Sequence record: CM040116.1
Length of the DNA: 32,000 bases
Reading direction: 5' to 3' (one strand)
Shown here: positions 1 to 9,902 of the stretch, one piece after another
Position numbering within the stretch: the stretch's first letter is position 1
Layout of the letters: each line of letters begins with the position of its first letter
Made by a program: the position numbers and the translations under genes
The notes under the pieces: generated by a model
Database searches by the model: none
Told to the model about the DNA's origin: nothing
What the model saw: the letters and a program-made list of their open reading frames with translations, nothing else

Positions 1-189
1 TTTTTTTCTATTAATATATATATGTGCTGCATATAAAATATATTTATTATCTATGCATCTTATGTTTGTTGTTTCTTCTATATCTTTTAAGGATTTTAAT
101 TGATGATATATATATATAAGATTATTTGTGATTAAATAACAAATAGGTAATAAAAAACAAGTTGCTAATATAAGGTATATTTCAAACAT
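1..189 (-). CDS. Partial ORF running off the left edge (N-terminal 63 codons), product unknown
   Basis: The reverse strand has an ATG at 189-187, followed by 63 stop-free codons down to position 1 (MFEIYLILATCFLLPICYLITNNLIYIYHQLKSLKDIEETTNIRC...). The N-terminus is hydrophobic. An open frame this long is unlikely by chance in such AT-rich DNA. I do not recognise the family. Confidence 0.3.
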   Translation of the reverse strand, partial: MFEIYLILATCFLLPICYLITNNLIYIYHQLKSLKDIEETTNIRCIDNKYILYAAHIYINRKK

Positions 190-318
190 AATTAAAAGCT
201 TTTTATAATTCAATATTATGTATACAATATCTGTATTATTTATGTATAATTCATTTTATTACTTTAAATAAAGTTATATAATAATATATTATTTTATTAA
301 TTTATAAAAATTATTTAT

Positions 319-456
319 ATGAGTAAAGGTTTTAGTAATGGAACGAATCGTAAGCGTATTAAAAAATCTGGTTTTAGGGCTCGCATGAGTATATCCAGTG
401 GTCGAAAAATTCTTAATTCTAGAAGGAGAAAGAAAAGAAAGAAAATAGCTTTGTAA
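319..456 (+). CDS. rpl34: 50S ribosomal protein L34
   Basis: Hand translation gives [45 protein letters not shown] with a stop at 454-456. This is the typical highly basic L34 sequence, including the GFRARM motif. It is too short for the ORF track. Confidence 0.9.
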   Translation: MSKGFSNGTNRKRIKKSGFRARMSISSGRKILNSRRRKKRKKIAL

Positions 457-533
457 TTGTAGATATTTTTTATGTATTTACAATTTTTGATTCTTTGATA
501 ATGTGATATATTATAAGTTGATTGTTATATTAT

Positions 534-2009
534 ATGTCTTTTGAAAATGATTTGAAATTATTATTATCTACCCAAAATATATTAATTTATATCCTGAATT
601 CTGAAGAGGAACGTCTAGAATATAATATTAATCTTATGATTCGGCAAAATATAAAAAAAACTATATATTGCTGGGATTTTATTGATGGTTATTATAATAA
701 TCCTAACTATTTTAATATAGCCTCAAGAAACCCTCTTGAGGCTATTGAGTTTATTGAGCAATTAAATTTTCCTAAATCTACAATTTTTTTGCTAAAAGAT
801 TTTAATGTTTTTATTAATGATATAAGCATTATTCGTAAAATAAAAAATGTCAGTCGTTTTCTTAAACAAGTTAATTCGTCTATTATTATCTCTGCATCGG
901 AAATACAGATTCCAGTTTTATTACAAGATTTTGCAACTGTTTTAGAATTTCCTTTACCTAGTCACAGTGAAATTAATATAGAATTACATCGTTTATTTAA
1001 GGTTATGAATATTAGTTATTCTGTTTATTCTGAATATTTTTATGATTTGATATTAGCTTATAGAGGTTTCTCTATTGAAAAGATAAGAATGTCTATAGCA
1101 AAATTATTATCTTCTGATTTATCTATAAGTAGTTTTATTAAGAATATCTTAGCTGAAAAGCGGCAATTAATTGAACAAACAGATATATTAGAATTTTATG
1201 CTGTAGATGATAGTTTTGAAGATATAGGTGGCTTGATTTTATTGAAAGATTGGCTAAATAAACGTTCTAAAGCTTTCTCTGCCCAAGCTAAAGATTATGG
1301 TCTGATGGTTCCTAGAGGACTTCTATTAGTAGGTATACAGGGAACGGGAAAATCTTTAGTGGCTAAGGCGATATCTGGTCAATGGAAACTACCATTATTG
1401 AAGTTGGATATAGGAAAAATTTTTGCTGGTATTGTTGGTAAGTCAGAAGAAAGAATGCGTAATATGATAAAAATAGCAGAACAATCTTCTCCATGTGTAC
1501 TTTGGATAGATGAAATAGACAAGTGCTTCACTCGCTTAAATAATTATAATGATAGTGGTACTACGAGTCGTGTTTTAGGTACTTTATTAACGTGGTTAGC
1601 TGAGAAAAATAAGCCTATTTTTGTTATTGCAACAGCTAATCAAGTCTTGTCTTTACCATCTGAGTTATTACGAAAGGGGCGTTTCGATGAAATATTTTTT
1701 TTAGATTTACCAAACTTGGAGGAAAGAGAGAAAATATTTAAAATACATTTAATGAAGTTTAGACCTCTATCTTGGGTTAAGTACGATATAAAATCTTTAA
1801 GTAGACTTACAGATCAATTTTCAGGTGCTGAAATTGAACAAGCTATTATTGAGGCTATGTATAATGCTTTTTATGAGAAAAGAGAATTTTCTACACAAGA
1901 TATTATTAATGTGATCAGTAATTTTGTACCCTTGGCTTTTACAGATCAGGTTAATATATCGGCTATTCAGAACTGGGCTATTTCAGGTAAAATTCGTATG
2001 GCCTCATGA
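534..2009 (+). CDS. ycf46: AAA+ ATPase Ycf46
   Basis: The protein has Walker A GIQGTGKS, Walker B VLWIDEID and an AAA second region of homology. Length and domain architecture match red-algal and cyanobacterial Ycf46. I place the start at ATG 534 (MSFEND...) rather than the TTG at 522 used by the ORF track. Confidence 0.85.
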   Translation: MSFENDLKLLLSTQNILIYILNSEEERLEYNINLMIRQNIKKTIYCWDFIDGYYNNPNYFNIASRNPLEAIEFIEQLNFPKSTIFLLKDFNVFINDISIIRKIKNVSRFLKQVNSSIIISASEIQIPVLLQDFATVLEFPLPSHSEINIELHRLFKVMNISYSVYSEYFYDLILAYRGFSIEKIRMSIAKLLSSDLSISSFIKNILAEKRQLIEQTDILEFYAVDDSFEDIGGLILLKDWLNKRSKAFSAQAKDYGLMVPRGLLLVGIQGTGKSLVAKAISGQWKLPLLKLDIGKIFAGIVGKSEERMRNMIKIAEQSSPCVLWIDEIDKCFTRLNNYNDSGTTSRVLGTLLTWLAEKNKPIFVIATANQVLSLPSELLRKGRFDEIFFLDLPNLEEREKIFKIHLMKFRPLSWVKYDIKSLSRLTDQFSGAEIEQAIIEAMYNAFYEKREFSTQDIINVISNFVPLAFTDQVNISAIQNWAISGKIRMAS

Positions 2010-2246
2010 CTTGAGTATTAACTAAGTATATATGAGTGTCCTACATATTAGGTCGATAAAACAAATAATGGTTTATATACAGGATGAGTATAGTTATATT
2101 ATATGTCAATATATTAATTGTATAAAATTTATTACAATTTATATAGCATTTTTTTACAAAATCTATACTTAATATTGATTATTAAATTATTATATAAATT
2201 AGATTAAGTTGTAATTCTTGTAAATAATTTAGGAGTATATTTTAGT

Positions 2247-2339
2247 ATGATTAGTGATAGTCAAATTTTTGTTGCATTATTGTTTGCTTTAGTTTCAGCT
2301 GTTTTAGCAATTCGTTTAGGTACAGATTTATATCAATAA
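2247..2339 (+). CDS. psaM: Photosystem I subunit XII (PsaM)
   Basis: Hand translation gives [30 protein letters not shown] (30 aa) with a stop at 2337-2339, a canonical PsaM sequence. AGGAG lies upstream at about 2231-2235. Confidence 0.9.
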   Translation: MISDSQIFVALLFALVSAVLAIRLGTDLYQ

Positions 2340-2541
2340 ATATTTATTAATATTGCTAACTTCACAAGAACTATAGATGTGATATTATATAAATGTAAAT
2401 ATATCGCATCTTTTGTTTATTTTATTATTGCTTATATCTCAAGCAGTATTTATGTGGGTTTTAATTTATAGTTATTTTTTACATTAGCTGAATACATTTG
2501 TTTAACTACTATATTTTTGTGAGTTTAATATTATTATTATT

Positions 2542-3588
2542 GTGAGTATTTTAAAAGACACAGTACGTCCCGTTTTCCCTTTTACTGCTATTGTAGGGCA
2601 AGAAGAAATGAAATTAGCATTGCTTCTAAATGTTATTGACCCTAAAATAGGTGGTGTTATGATTATGGGCGATCGCGGTACAGGTAAATCTACGACTATT
2701 AGAGCTATTGCAGATTTGTTACCCAAAATTGAAGTGGTACAAGAAGATCTATTTAATTCCCATCCTTATGATTATGATTTAATGTCTGATATAGTCAAAA
2801 CTCAAGTAGAAAAGGGCAATCCTATATCTACTCGATTTATTGATGTACCGATGGTAGATTTACCTTTAGGAGCAACTGAAGATAGAGTGTGCGGTACGAT
2901 AGATATTGAGAAAGCTTTAACAGAAGGAATTAAAACTTTTGAACCGGGATTGTTAGCTAAGGCTAACAGAGGTATTCTTTATGTTGATGAAGTTAATTTG
3001 TTAGATGATCATTTAGTAGATATTTTATTAGATGCAGCAGCATCTGGTTGGAATACAGTTGAGCGGGAAGGTATATCTGTAAGACATCCAGCTAGATTTG
3101 TTTTAGTAGGATCTGGTAATCCTGAAGAAGGAGAATTAAGGCCTCAGTTGTTAGATCGTTTTGGTATGCATGCAGAAATTAGGACAGTTAAAGAACCATC
3201 ATTAAGAGTTAAGATAGTAGAGCAAAGAAGCAAATTTGATAGTAATCCTTATGTATGTTTACAAGAATTTAAAGAGCAACAAGATAAACTTAAATCTTCG
3301 ATTGTAACAGCTCAAGATAGATTATCAAATGTAACTATTGATTATGATTTGAGAGTTAAAATATCAGAAGTTTGTGGTGTTTTAGATGTAGATGGTTTGA
3401 GAGGGGATATAGTCACAAACAGGGCAGCAAAAGCTCTTGCAGCTTACCGTAATAGAACTAATGTTGAGATCAGTGATATCAAAACTGTTATCACATTGTG
3501 CTTAAGGCACCGATTAAGGAAAGATCCTTTAGAAACTATTGATTCAGGTAATAAAGTTCAGCAAGTTGTAGAGAGTATACTAAAATAG
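2542..3588 (+). CDS. chlI: Magnesium chelatase subunit I (ChlI)
   Basis: The sequence has [43 protein letters not shown] (Walker A), Walker [11 protein letters not shown] and the conserved C-terminus. The apparent start is GTG at 2542, because the first in-frame ATG already lies inside the conserved core. Confidence 0.95.
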   Translation: MSILKDTVRPVFPFTAIVGQEEMKLALLLNVIDPKIGGVMIMGDRGTGKSTTIRAIADLLPKIEVVQEDLFNSHPYDYDLMSDIVKTQVEKGNPISTRFIDVPMVDLPLGATEDRVCGTIDIEKALTEGIKTFEPGLLAKANRGILYVDEVNLLDDHLVDILLDAAASGWNTVEREGISVRHPARFVLVGSGNPEEGELRPQLLDRFGMHAEIRTVKEPSLRVKIVEQRSKFDSNPYVCLQEFKEQQDKLKSSIVTAQDRLSNVTIDYDLRVKISEVCGVLDVDGLRGDIVTNRAAKALAAYRNRTNVEISDIKTVITLCLRHRLRKDPLETIDSGNKVQQVVESILK

Positions 3589-3658
3589 GCTCAGTAGGAT
3601 TCGAACCTACATTAGAGACTTAGAAGGTCCCTGTCCTAATCCATTAGACGATGAGCCC
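3586..3658 (-). tRNA. trnR: tRNA-Arg (anticodon UCU)
   Basis: The reverse complement folds as a cloverleaf. The acceptor is GGGCTCA/TGAGCCT. The anticodon stem is GGGAC/GTCTC with loop CTTCTAA (anticodon TCT). The T arm is GTAGG-TTCGAAT-CCTAC. The 3' end overlaps the chlI TAG stop on the opposite strand. Confidence 0.9.
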
Positions 3659-3686
3659 AATTATTATTGATAAATTTTAATTGTGA

Positions 3687-3758
3687 TGGGCGGTACTGGA
3701 TTTGAACCAGTGACCACCTGCTTGTAAGGCAGGCGCTCTACCGCTGAGCTAACCGCCC
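3687..3758 (-). tRNA. trnV: tRNA-Val (anticodon UAC)
   Basis: The reverse complement is GGGCGGTTAGCTCAGCGGTAGAGCGCCTGCCTTACAAGCAGGTGGTCACTGGTTCAAATCCAGTACCGCCCA. This is a perfect 72-nt cloverleaf with anticodon loop CTTACAA. Confidence 0.92.
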
Positions 3759-3898
3759 TTCCAAAATTACACTAATACATTTTTTGCAAAAATGCAACTA
3801 ATAAGCTACAATATTTTAGTAATTTCGATAAAAAATATCTATTACTTATTTAATTTTTTATTAAAACTATGCTTATTTTTTGTAATTTCAATTAAGTT

Positions 3899-4657
3899 AT
3901 GTTAAATGATTTGAAGACTTATCTATACTATATAATTAATAAGGTCTTTAAAGTTCAATTATTAAGCAGTATTTATATTAATATTTTGGAACAGATGAAA
4001 ATAGTTGGGCCTGATTCTTTAAGTATAGTTGTAGTTACAGCATTTTTTATTGGTATGGTGTTTACAATACAAATTGTGAAAGAATTCTTATACATTAATG
4101 CTATAAGCTTAGTAGGTTCTATCTTAACTATTTCATTTATACGTGAACTATCTCCTGTATTAACATCTGTAATTATAGTTGGTCGTATAGGGTCATATTT
4201 TACATCTGAATTAGCGACTATGAGTATAACACAACAATTAAATGCACTTTATATGTTGGAAGCCAATCCATTAACTTATTTAGTGTTTCCAAGAGTTATA
4301 GCTTGTCTTTTAATGTTGCCATGTTTAAATATGATTTCTTTTATCACTACTCTATTTAGTAGTTCTTTTATCTGTTTTACTATATATAATATACATCCTC
4401 AGATATTCTTTCTATCTTCTTTATCATCTTTAGTTGCTCAAGATATATTTAAATCTTTATTTAAAACTTTAATATTTGGTTTCTTAATTTCTTTAATTAG
4501 TTGTTTTTGGGGTTTAACAGCTCATGGTGGTGCAAAAGGGGTTGGTCAATCAACTACTTTATCAGTTGTTACATCTCTACTTAGTATTTTTATTTTTGAT
4601 TTTTTATTATCTTATATTATGTTTGACAGAATAGGGAGTTCGATTAAAGCTTTATAA
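3899..4657 (+). CDS. ycf63: MlaE/TGD1-like ABC transporter permease (Ycf63)
   Basis: A 252-aa polytopic membrane protein. Motifs such as VGPDSLSIVVVTAFFIGMVFTIQ, RELSPVLTSVIIVGRIGS and GGAKGVGQSTT are characteristic of the MlaE permease family, called ycf63 in red-algal plastids. Confidence 0.7.
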   Translation: MLNDLKTYLYYIINKVFKVQLLSSIYINILEQMKIVGPDSLSIVVVTAFFIGMVFTIQIVKEFLYINAISLVGSILTISFIRELSPVLTSVIIVGRIGSYFTSELATMSITQQLNALYMLEANPLTYLVFPRVIACLLMLPCLNMISFITTLFSSSFICFTIYNIHPQIFFLSSLSSLVAQDIFKSLFKTLIFGFLISLISCFWGLTAHGGAKGVGQSTTLSVVTSLLSIFIFDFLLSYIMFDRIGSSIKAL

Positions 4658-4691
4658 AATTATTAGTTCATAATATTTATGATTTAAGTAT

Positions 4692-6593
4692 ATGTATCGT
4701 AAAATACTTCAAATGTGTTCTAAATTGCAGTTAAATATTAATTTCAATCGCTTTATAGTCCTTACTACTTTAATGATTTCTGTTGTTATGAGCAGTTTGA
4801 CTTTTTGGTCTTTAACTATGTTTCAAGAAGATTCCATAATTGCAAGCAGGCGTTTTTGTAAAGATTTGGGTCTTTTATTAGCTTCTAATATTATAGATTC
4901 AATTAATCTTAATAATCAAAAAGATATAGCTTATTTTTTAGAAAAGATTTATTTAAGTACATCTAGTATTAGATATATTTTGTTTTTTGATCAATATGGC
5001 AATTTATTATTGGGATTACCCATATACAATACAAAAGTTCAAAATATATTACAGTTGCATCAAAGTTTGTTACAGCTAGAAAATAAAGAATTTTTATTTA
5101 ATATACCTTTAATTAATTCAAATAAACTATTAAATCATGATATTATCGATATTCTTATTCCTCTAACGAAATCAGGAAACACTGTAGGAAGTTTAGATTT
5201 AGGTATAGATCTAAATACAAAACTTTCCCCATCTAGATTGATAAGAGATTTAAGTGTTTTTGTTTTTGTATTAGTTTGGTTAATGTTGTTTATAGGAGTT
5301 GCATTTAATGCATTAGTAATGGCAGTACCTCAAAAGCAACTCTTATTAGGGATCCAAAATATTGCTCTAGGTAATTTCTATCAAAGATTAAATTTACCTA
5401 CTAATGGTGAATTGGGTATTCTATTTACAAGTTTTAATGAGATGGCTGAAAGATTACAGTCTTATGAAAAGAAAAATGTGGATAAGATCATATCAGAAAA
5501 AAATAAATTAGAGACGATTGTGTCTATAATAGCGGATGGTACTATTTTAGTTGATGCTGAACTTAGAATATTATTTGTGAATAAAACAGCACAAGAGATT
5601 TTTGAATGGTTTAATATTGATTTAACTGGAGCCTCTATTTGTAATTATTTACCTATTCATGTTAATGAAGCTCTTTTACCTATATTAAATCAATTAGTTG
5701 ATTCGAGTTATATAAGTACAAATAAATCACAAACAGAAGAAGTTTACATTAATTTGGATTATAATTCAAAAAGAATTTGTCGTTTTCTATTAACAACTTT
5801 ATTAGACAGAATATTAAAGGTTTTAACTGGTGTTGTTATAATCATACAAGATATAAGTAAGGAAGCGAAATTAAATGAAGCTAAGAATCAGTTTATAGGT
5901 AATATATCACATGAATTGAGAACACCTTTATGTAATATAGGTTCATTTCTTGAGACATTGATTGACTATAACGATACATTAGACGAAAAAGAGAAAATCA
6001 ACTTTTTAACTATTGCTAATAATGAAACTAAGCGTCTATCATCATTAGTTAATGACATTTTAGATCTATCTGTTTTAGAATCGGAGTATGATTACAAATT
6101 AGATTATATAGATTTAGCTCAAACTTTGCATAATGTTGTTAATACTTCTAAGATTGTGGCCCATAATAATAATATTCAATTGATAATTGAATTAGATCAA
6201 GATGTGAATTATGTTTTAGCACATGAAAGTTCTATTTTGCAAGTAATATCTAATCTATTAAATAATGCTTTGAAATTTTCTCCTTGTAATAGCAAAATTG
6301 TCGTAAGAGTTTATAAAGTAATATATTCTCATGGCTATTGTTTAGATACAGATGTTCAAAATGTAGTGAGGATTGAAATTATTGATGAGGGAATTGGGAT
6401 TGCCGAAGAAGATCAAAAAGCTATTTTTGATAGATTTGTAAGGATAGAAAATAATGTTCACACTTTAGAAGGAACTGGTTTAGGCTTATCTATAGTCAAA
6501 AATATACTACATAAATATAATATTAATGTAGTTGTTCAAAGTCAATTAAATGTTGGTACTAGCATTTGGTTCAATTTAAAATATATACGCTAG
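4692..6593 (+). CDS. ycf26: Sensor histidine kinase Ycf26 (Dfr/Hik33-like)
   Basis: The protein has N-terminal transmembrane segments, a HAMP-like segment (NGELGILFTSFNEMAERL) and a PAS-like region. These are followed by an H-box FIGNISHELRTPL, an N-box LLNNALKFS, G1 IDEGIGI and G2 GTGLGLSIV. Confidence 0.8.
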   Translation: MYRKILQMCSKLQLNINFNRFIVLTTLMISVVMSSLTFWSLTMFQEDSIIASRRFCKDLGLLLASNIIDSINLNNQKDIAYFLEKIYLSTSSIRYILFFDQYGNLLLGLPIYNTKVQNILQLHQSLLQLENKEFLFNIPLINSNKLLNHDIIDILIPLTKSGNTVGSLDLGIDLNTKLSPSRLIRDLSVFVFVLVWLMLFIGVAFNALVMAVPQKQLLLGIQNIALGNFYQRLNLPTNGELGILFTSFNEMAERLQSYEKKNVDKIISEKNKLETIVSIIADGTILVDAELRILFVNKTAQEIFEWFNIDLTGASICNYLPIHVNEALLPILNQLVDSSYISTNKSQTEEVYINLDYNSKRICRFLLTTLLDRILKVLTGVVIIIQDISKEAKLNEAKNQFIGNISHELRTPLCNIGSFLETLIDYNDTLDEKEKINFLTIANNETKRLSSLVNDILDLSVLESEYDYKLDYIDLAQTLHNVVNTSKIVAHNNNIQLIIELDQDVNYVLAHESSILQVISNLLNNALKFSPCNSKIVVRVYKVIYSHGYCLDTDVQNVVRIEIIDEGIGIAEEDQKAIFDRFVRIENNVHTLEGTGLGLSIVKNILHKYNINVVVQSQLNVGTSIWFNLKYIR

Positions 6594-6851
6594 AGTATAT
6601 ATAATAATTTTATTTAATGAATGTGTAATCTTTTGTTTAGATTTATTTCTTGAGCTATTATAATATATATATATTTATAACAATGAAAATATAAATTGTA
6701 TTATAAAATTAGATGGTATATTTATTATTTTTATTAGTATTTGCTTTCTAATTTAACTTAGATTAATAGATTATAATATTATATTTATATAATTATATTA
6801 TTAATACTACTGTTTATTTTATATTATTCTATTTTCTATATTCTTATTAAT

Positions 6852-6857
6852 AGGAGG
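6852..6857 (+). promoter_or_regulatory. Shine-Dalgarno-like AGGAGG upstream of psbE
   Basis: AGGAGG lies 8 nt upstream of the psbE ATG at 6866. Confidence 0.5.
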
Positions 6858-6865
6858 TATTGATT

Positions 6866-7120
6866 ATGTCAGGAGGATCAACTGGAGAACGTCCTTTTTC
6901 TGATATTATTACTAGCATACGTTATTGGGTTATCCATAGTATAACTATACCGTCACTTTTTGTTGCTGGTTGGTTATTTGTTAGTACTGGTTTGGCATAT
7001 GATGTTTTTGGTACTCCAAGACCAAATGAGTATTTTACTCAAGATCGTCAACAAGTGCCACTAGTTAACGATCGTTTTAGTGCTAAACAAGAATTGGAAG
7101 ATTTAACTAAAGGTATTTAA
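6866..7120 (+). CDS. psbE: Cytochrome b559 alpha subunit
   Basis: The translation [58 protein letters not shown]... is canonical PsbE with the haem-ligand His. I use the ATG at 6866; the ORF track begins at a TTG 6 nt upstream. Confidence 0.97.
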   Translation: MSGGSTGERPFSDIITSIRYWVIHSITIPSLFVAGWLFVSTGLAYDVFGTPRPNEYFTQDRQQVPLVNDRFSAKQELEDLTKGI

Positions 7121-7149
7121 TTGTAATATAAGGAATTAAGATAATATAT

Positions 7150-7284
7150 ATGACACGAGGTAATTCAAATCAGCCAATATCGTATCCGATTTTTACTTTT
7201 AGGTGGTTAGCTATCCATGGAATAGCCATACCAACAGTCTTCTTTTTAGGTGCGATTACATCTATGCAGTTTATTCAACGGTAA
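7150..7284 (+). CDS. psbF: Cytochrome b559 beta subunit
   Basis: Hand translation gives [44 protein letters not shown] with a stop at 7282-7284, a canonical PsbF. Confidence 0.95.
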   Translation: MTRGNSNQPISYPIFTFRWLAIHGIAIPTVFFLGAITSMQFIQR

Positions 7285-7300
7285 AAGTAGGAGATATAAT

Positions 7301-7417
7301 ATGAGTGGTCCTAATCCAAATAAAGAGCCTGTAGAATTAAATCGTACATCTCTGTTTTGGGGATTGTTATTGATTTTTGTGCTTGCAGTTTTATTTTCAA
7401 GTTACTTTTTTAATTAA
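7301..7417 (+). CDS. psbL: Photosystem II protein L
   Basis: Hand translation gives [38 protein letters not shown] with a stop at 7415-7417, a canonical PsbL. AGGAG lies upstream. Confidence 0.95.
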   Translation: MSGPNPNKEPVELNRTSLFWGLLLIFVLAVLFSSYFFN

Positions 7418-7465
7418 TCAATATATTTGTATAGTTAATTTTTATTATAATTAGGGGTAAAAAAA

Positions 7466-7585
7466 ATGGCAGGTACAGGCAGGGTGCCTTTATGGTTAGT
7501 TGCTACAGTGGGTGGTATCGCAGTAATTACTGTTCTGGGAATCTTTATTTATGGTTCTTACTCTGGTATTGGTTCTTCACTGTAA
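7466..7585 (+). CDS. psbJ: Photosystem II protein J
   Basis: Hand translation gives [39 protein letters not shown] with a stop at 7583-7585, a canonical PsbJ. It completes the psbEFLJ operon. Confidence 0.93.
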   Translation: MAGTGRVPLWLVATVGGIAVITVLGIFIYGSYSGIGSSL

Positions 7586-7637
7586 GTATATAATATTTCT
7601 ATATTGATTATAGAGTTCTCAAATCCTTGACATGGTG

Positions 7638-7671
7638 AAGCCACCTTTAAATTTTAATATAAAGGTGGCTT
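7638..7671. terminator. Perfect 12-bp stem-loop between convergent psbJ and psaI
   Basis: AAGCCACCTTTA (7638-7649) pairs perfectly with TAAAGGTGGCTT (7660-7671) around a 10-nt loop. The stem is unusually GC-containing for this spacer. It lies 52 nt after the psbJ stop and 33 nt after the psaI stop. Confidence 0.6.
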
Positions 7672-7704
7672 GTAAATTTGTAACTTACGTTTAGCTATAT
7701 GTAT

Positions 7705-7815
7705 TTAAGATATATTTTCTTGTTCGATATATAGAAATAGTAAAGCCATGCCTATACCAGGAAAGATAATCCCTACTAAAGGTACTAAGATAGATGGTAA
7801 ATAAGATGCTGTCAT
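7705..7815 (-). CDS. psaI: Photosystem I subunit VIII (PsaI)
   Basis: Reverse-strand translation gives [36 protein letters not shown] (36 aa), which matches red-algal PsaI. Confidence 0.9.
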   Translation of the reverse strand: MTASYLPSILVPLVGIIFPGIGMALLFLYIEQENIS

Positions 7816-8035
7816 ATTAATATAATAATAGAAAAAATTATAAATTATTTTAATTGTTCATGTAAACAATAATATTATTATTAATTTAATCATACTAGAT
7901 TTGCTTTACTTTAAAATACAAATATTGCAAAATTTAATATTTGGAAAATAATATTATTGTAATAAGTTGTTATAATTATAATATGACAAAGATTTATAAA
8001 TCATTATAGACATATAAGTATTATTTGTAAAAAAC

Positions 8036-8377
8036 ATGGATGCTAAATTTTTTCCTGATAGTCTAGAAGCTATGCGCAAGTTCTCAGAAGCATACGCTAA
8101 AAGAACAGGTACATTTTTTTGTTCGGATATGAGTGTAACAGCTGTAGTTATAGAGGGTTTAGCGCGACATAAGGATTCTTATGGTTCTCCTTTATGTCCC
8201 TGTCGACATTATGAAGATAAATCTAAAGAAGTTTTAAGTTCATATTGGAATTGTCCATGCGTACCTATGAGAGAGAGAAAAGAGTGTCATTGCATGTTAT
8301 TTTTGTCTCCAGATAGTGAATTTGCTGGAGCTAATCAAGAAATTAATAATAATGTTTTATTAGATTATATAGGTTAA
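8036..8377 (+). CDS. ftrB: Ferredoxin-thioredoxin reductase catalytic (beta) subunit
   Basis: The Cys motif series CPCRHY...WNCPCVPMRERKECHCMLFL is diagnostic for the FtrB 4Fe-4S/disulfide centre. Confidence 0.9.
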   Translation: MDAKFFPDSLEAMRKFSEAYAKRTGTFFCSDMSVTAVVIEGLARHKDSYGSPLCPCRHYEDKSKEVLSSYWNCPCVPMRERKECHCMLFLSPDSEFAGANQEINNNVLLDYIG

Positions 8378-8397
8378 TTTACGAATTTTTAGTTTGC

Positions 8398-8427
8398 ATG
8401 CAGACTAAGTTTATAGTTTGTCTGCAT
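8398..8427. terminator. 8-bp stem-loop between convergent ftrB and psb30
   Basis: ATGCAGAC (8398-8405) pairs with GTCTGCAT (8420-8427) around a 14-nt loop, in the 90-nt spacer between the two stop codons. Confidence 0.4.
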
Positions 8428-8467
8428 ATTATTACATTAATATTTCTCTTGTGTTAACAAGATATTT

Positions 8468-8572
8468 TTATAAGTTACCTTTACGTAATGACAATAGAAT
8501 AATTACAGCCGGCCCTACTAATACAATAATAGCTAGTGAACTTAGTTGGCCGATAACTTGCCAATTAATCAT
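8468..8572 (-). CDS. psb30: Photosystem II protein Psb30 (Ycf12)
   Basis: Reverse-strand translation gives [34 protein letters not shown] (34 aa). This is the typical Ycf12 sequence with the C-terminal KGNL. Confidence 0.85.
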   Translation of the reverse strand: MINWQVIGQLSSLAIIVLVGPAVIILLSLRKGNL

Positions 8573-8732
8573 AATCTGCTAATCCTTTAAATTAATATAT
8601 TATATGTTATATTTATTATACTATTTTTTCATAAGAATTATATGACTTAATAAATAAATATCATTAAAGTTTTTGATAGTTATTCTGAATAGATCAATTT
8701 ATTTAATATGATTAAGTTTATGAATATTATAA

Positions 8733-9704
8733 TTATTCAATGTAAATCCAATTCTTATATATATTAATATTTAATTGTTCCCATATTATGCTTATTTTTT
8801 TTTGGTGTGTTACGTACATATATTCTATTAATTTATTTAAAATATTATGATTTAAGTATTTATTAAAATTATAGTAAAAAAATAAGTAAAATATCCTTCT
8901 CTTTAAAGCTAGATGTTGGTCTTTTATAATTTTATAATTAATTGCTAGGTAGTATGAATGTCGACTGGTAACATATAATTTTATAGCACTCTGTTTAATA
9001 TATTCATTTTCTATGGATGATAAATTTAAGAAATTGATGATATTATATTCTGTTTTGGGACAAAAATATGATTTTAAATAAGGTAATAATTCATATCTTA
9101 TACGATTTCTATAATTTGAGTAATAAAAATTTGTTTTGTCAGACCATATAGGCAGATTAAATTTGTGGCAAAACCATAGTATATCTTCTGTATTAATCTT
9201 AATTAGAGGTCTAATAATTTGTATATAATTTTTTATTTGTCTTATCAATGGTAAGCTACTTAACCCTTCTGATCCTGTACCTCTGATTAAATTTAATAAA
9301 AATGTTTCCAATTGATCTGTTTGATGATGACCTGTCAAAATAATTTGTGTTTCATTTTTTATAGCATGTTGGATTATAATTTGATATCTTATTCTTCTTA
9401 TGGTTGATTCTGACATATGTATTTTATTGATTTGATACACATATGTATTGTTATTTGTTATGTCAGTATAGTTAAGTAAATGTTTAATATTTTTTTGTGA
9501 ATCATCTCTCCATTGGTGATCAACATAAATATATTCTATATTATGAAAATATTTATAGACGCTGTTAAAGTCTTCTACTAATTTGATTAAGCATAAAGAA
9601 TCTTTTCCACCAGATAAAGCAATTAAGATCGATATAGGTTTGCTTAATTTTTGACATTTTAGTATAATACTTATAAATTTATCATGCAAATAAGTCCTTT
9701 TCAT
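8733..9704 (-). CDS. tilS: tRNA(Ile)-lysidine synthase (TilS, Ycf62)
   Basis: The protein has the N-terminal PP-loop ALSGGKDS, followed by TGHHQTDQLETFLLNLIRGTG and IRPL, which are TilS signatures. The C-terminal half is divergent and AT-biased. Confidence 0.8.
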   Translation of the reverse strand: MKRTYLHDKFISIILKCQKLSKPISILIALSGGKDSLCLIKLVEDFNSVYKYFHNIEYIYVDHQWRDDSQKNIKHLLNYTDITNNNTYVYQINKIHMSESTIRRIRYQIIIQHAIKNETQIILTGHHQTDQLETFLLNLIRGTGSEGLSSLPLIRQIKNYIQIIRPLIKINTEDILWFCHKFNLPIWSDKTNFYYSNYRNRIRYELLPYLKSYFCPKTEYNIINFLNLSSIENEYIKQSAIKLYVTSRHSYYLAINYKIIKDQHLALKRRIFYLFFYYNFNKYLNHNILNKLIEYMYVTHQKKISIIWEQLNINIYKNWIYIE

Positions 9705-9796
9705 TAGAGTATACCTTATTTCTTAAATGATATAATTGATTATAAAAACTTGCTATAATAGCAATATTATGTTATTTATTGGATATATAGTTGTGA

Positions 9797-9868
9797 GGGT
9801 TGCTAACTCAATGGTAGAGTACTCGGCTTTTAACCGATTAGTTCCGGGTTCGAATCCCGGGCAACCCA
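9797..9868 (+). tRNA. trnK: tRNA-Lys (anticodon UUU)
   Basis: The sequence is GGGTTGCTAACTCAATGGTAGAGTACTCGGCTTTTAACCGATTAGTTCCGGGTTCGAATCCCGGGCAACCCA. The acceptor is GGGTTGC/GCAACCC, the anticodon loop is CTTTTAA and the T arm is CCGGG-TTCGAAT-CCCGG. There is no intron. Confidence 0.9.
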
Positions 9869-9902
9869 ATTTTTTAATTTTAATCTTTACTCAAATCAGA
9901 AT

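Noticed and set aside
100-120. Short (AT)n dinucleotide runs (here, and at about 6668-6682), considered as repeats, CRISPR or mobile-element signatures
   Set aside because: These are simple low-complexity tracts expected from the base composition. The window shows no spaced direct repeats, terminal inverted repeats or transposase or integrase ORFs.
522-533. TTG-initiated extensions in the ORF track for ycf46 (522) and psbE (6860)
   Set aside because: In both cases an ATG a few codons downstream gives the conserved N-terminus (MSFEND..., [11 protein letters not shown]...). For psbE, the ATG also sits at the proper distance from an AGGAGG.
2502-2726. 74-aa minus-strand ORF overlapping the 5' end of chlI
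   Set aside because: It is antisense to the most conserved part of chlI (the Walker A region). Its sequence is the low-complexity mirror translation of that region, and no independent signal supports it.
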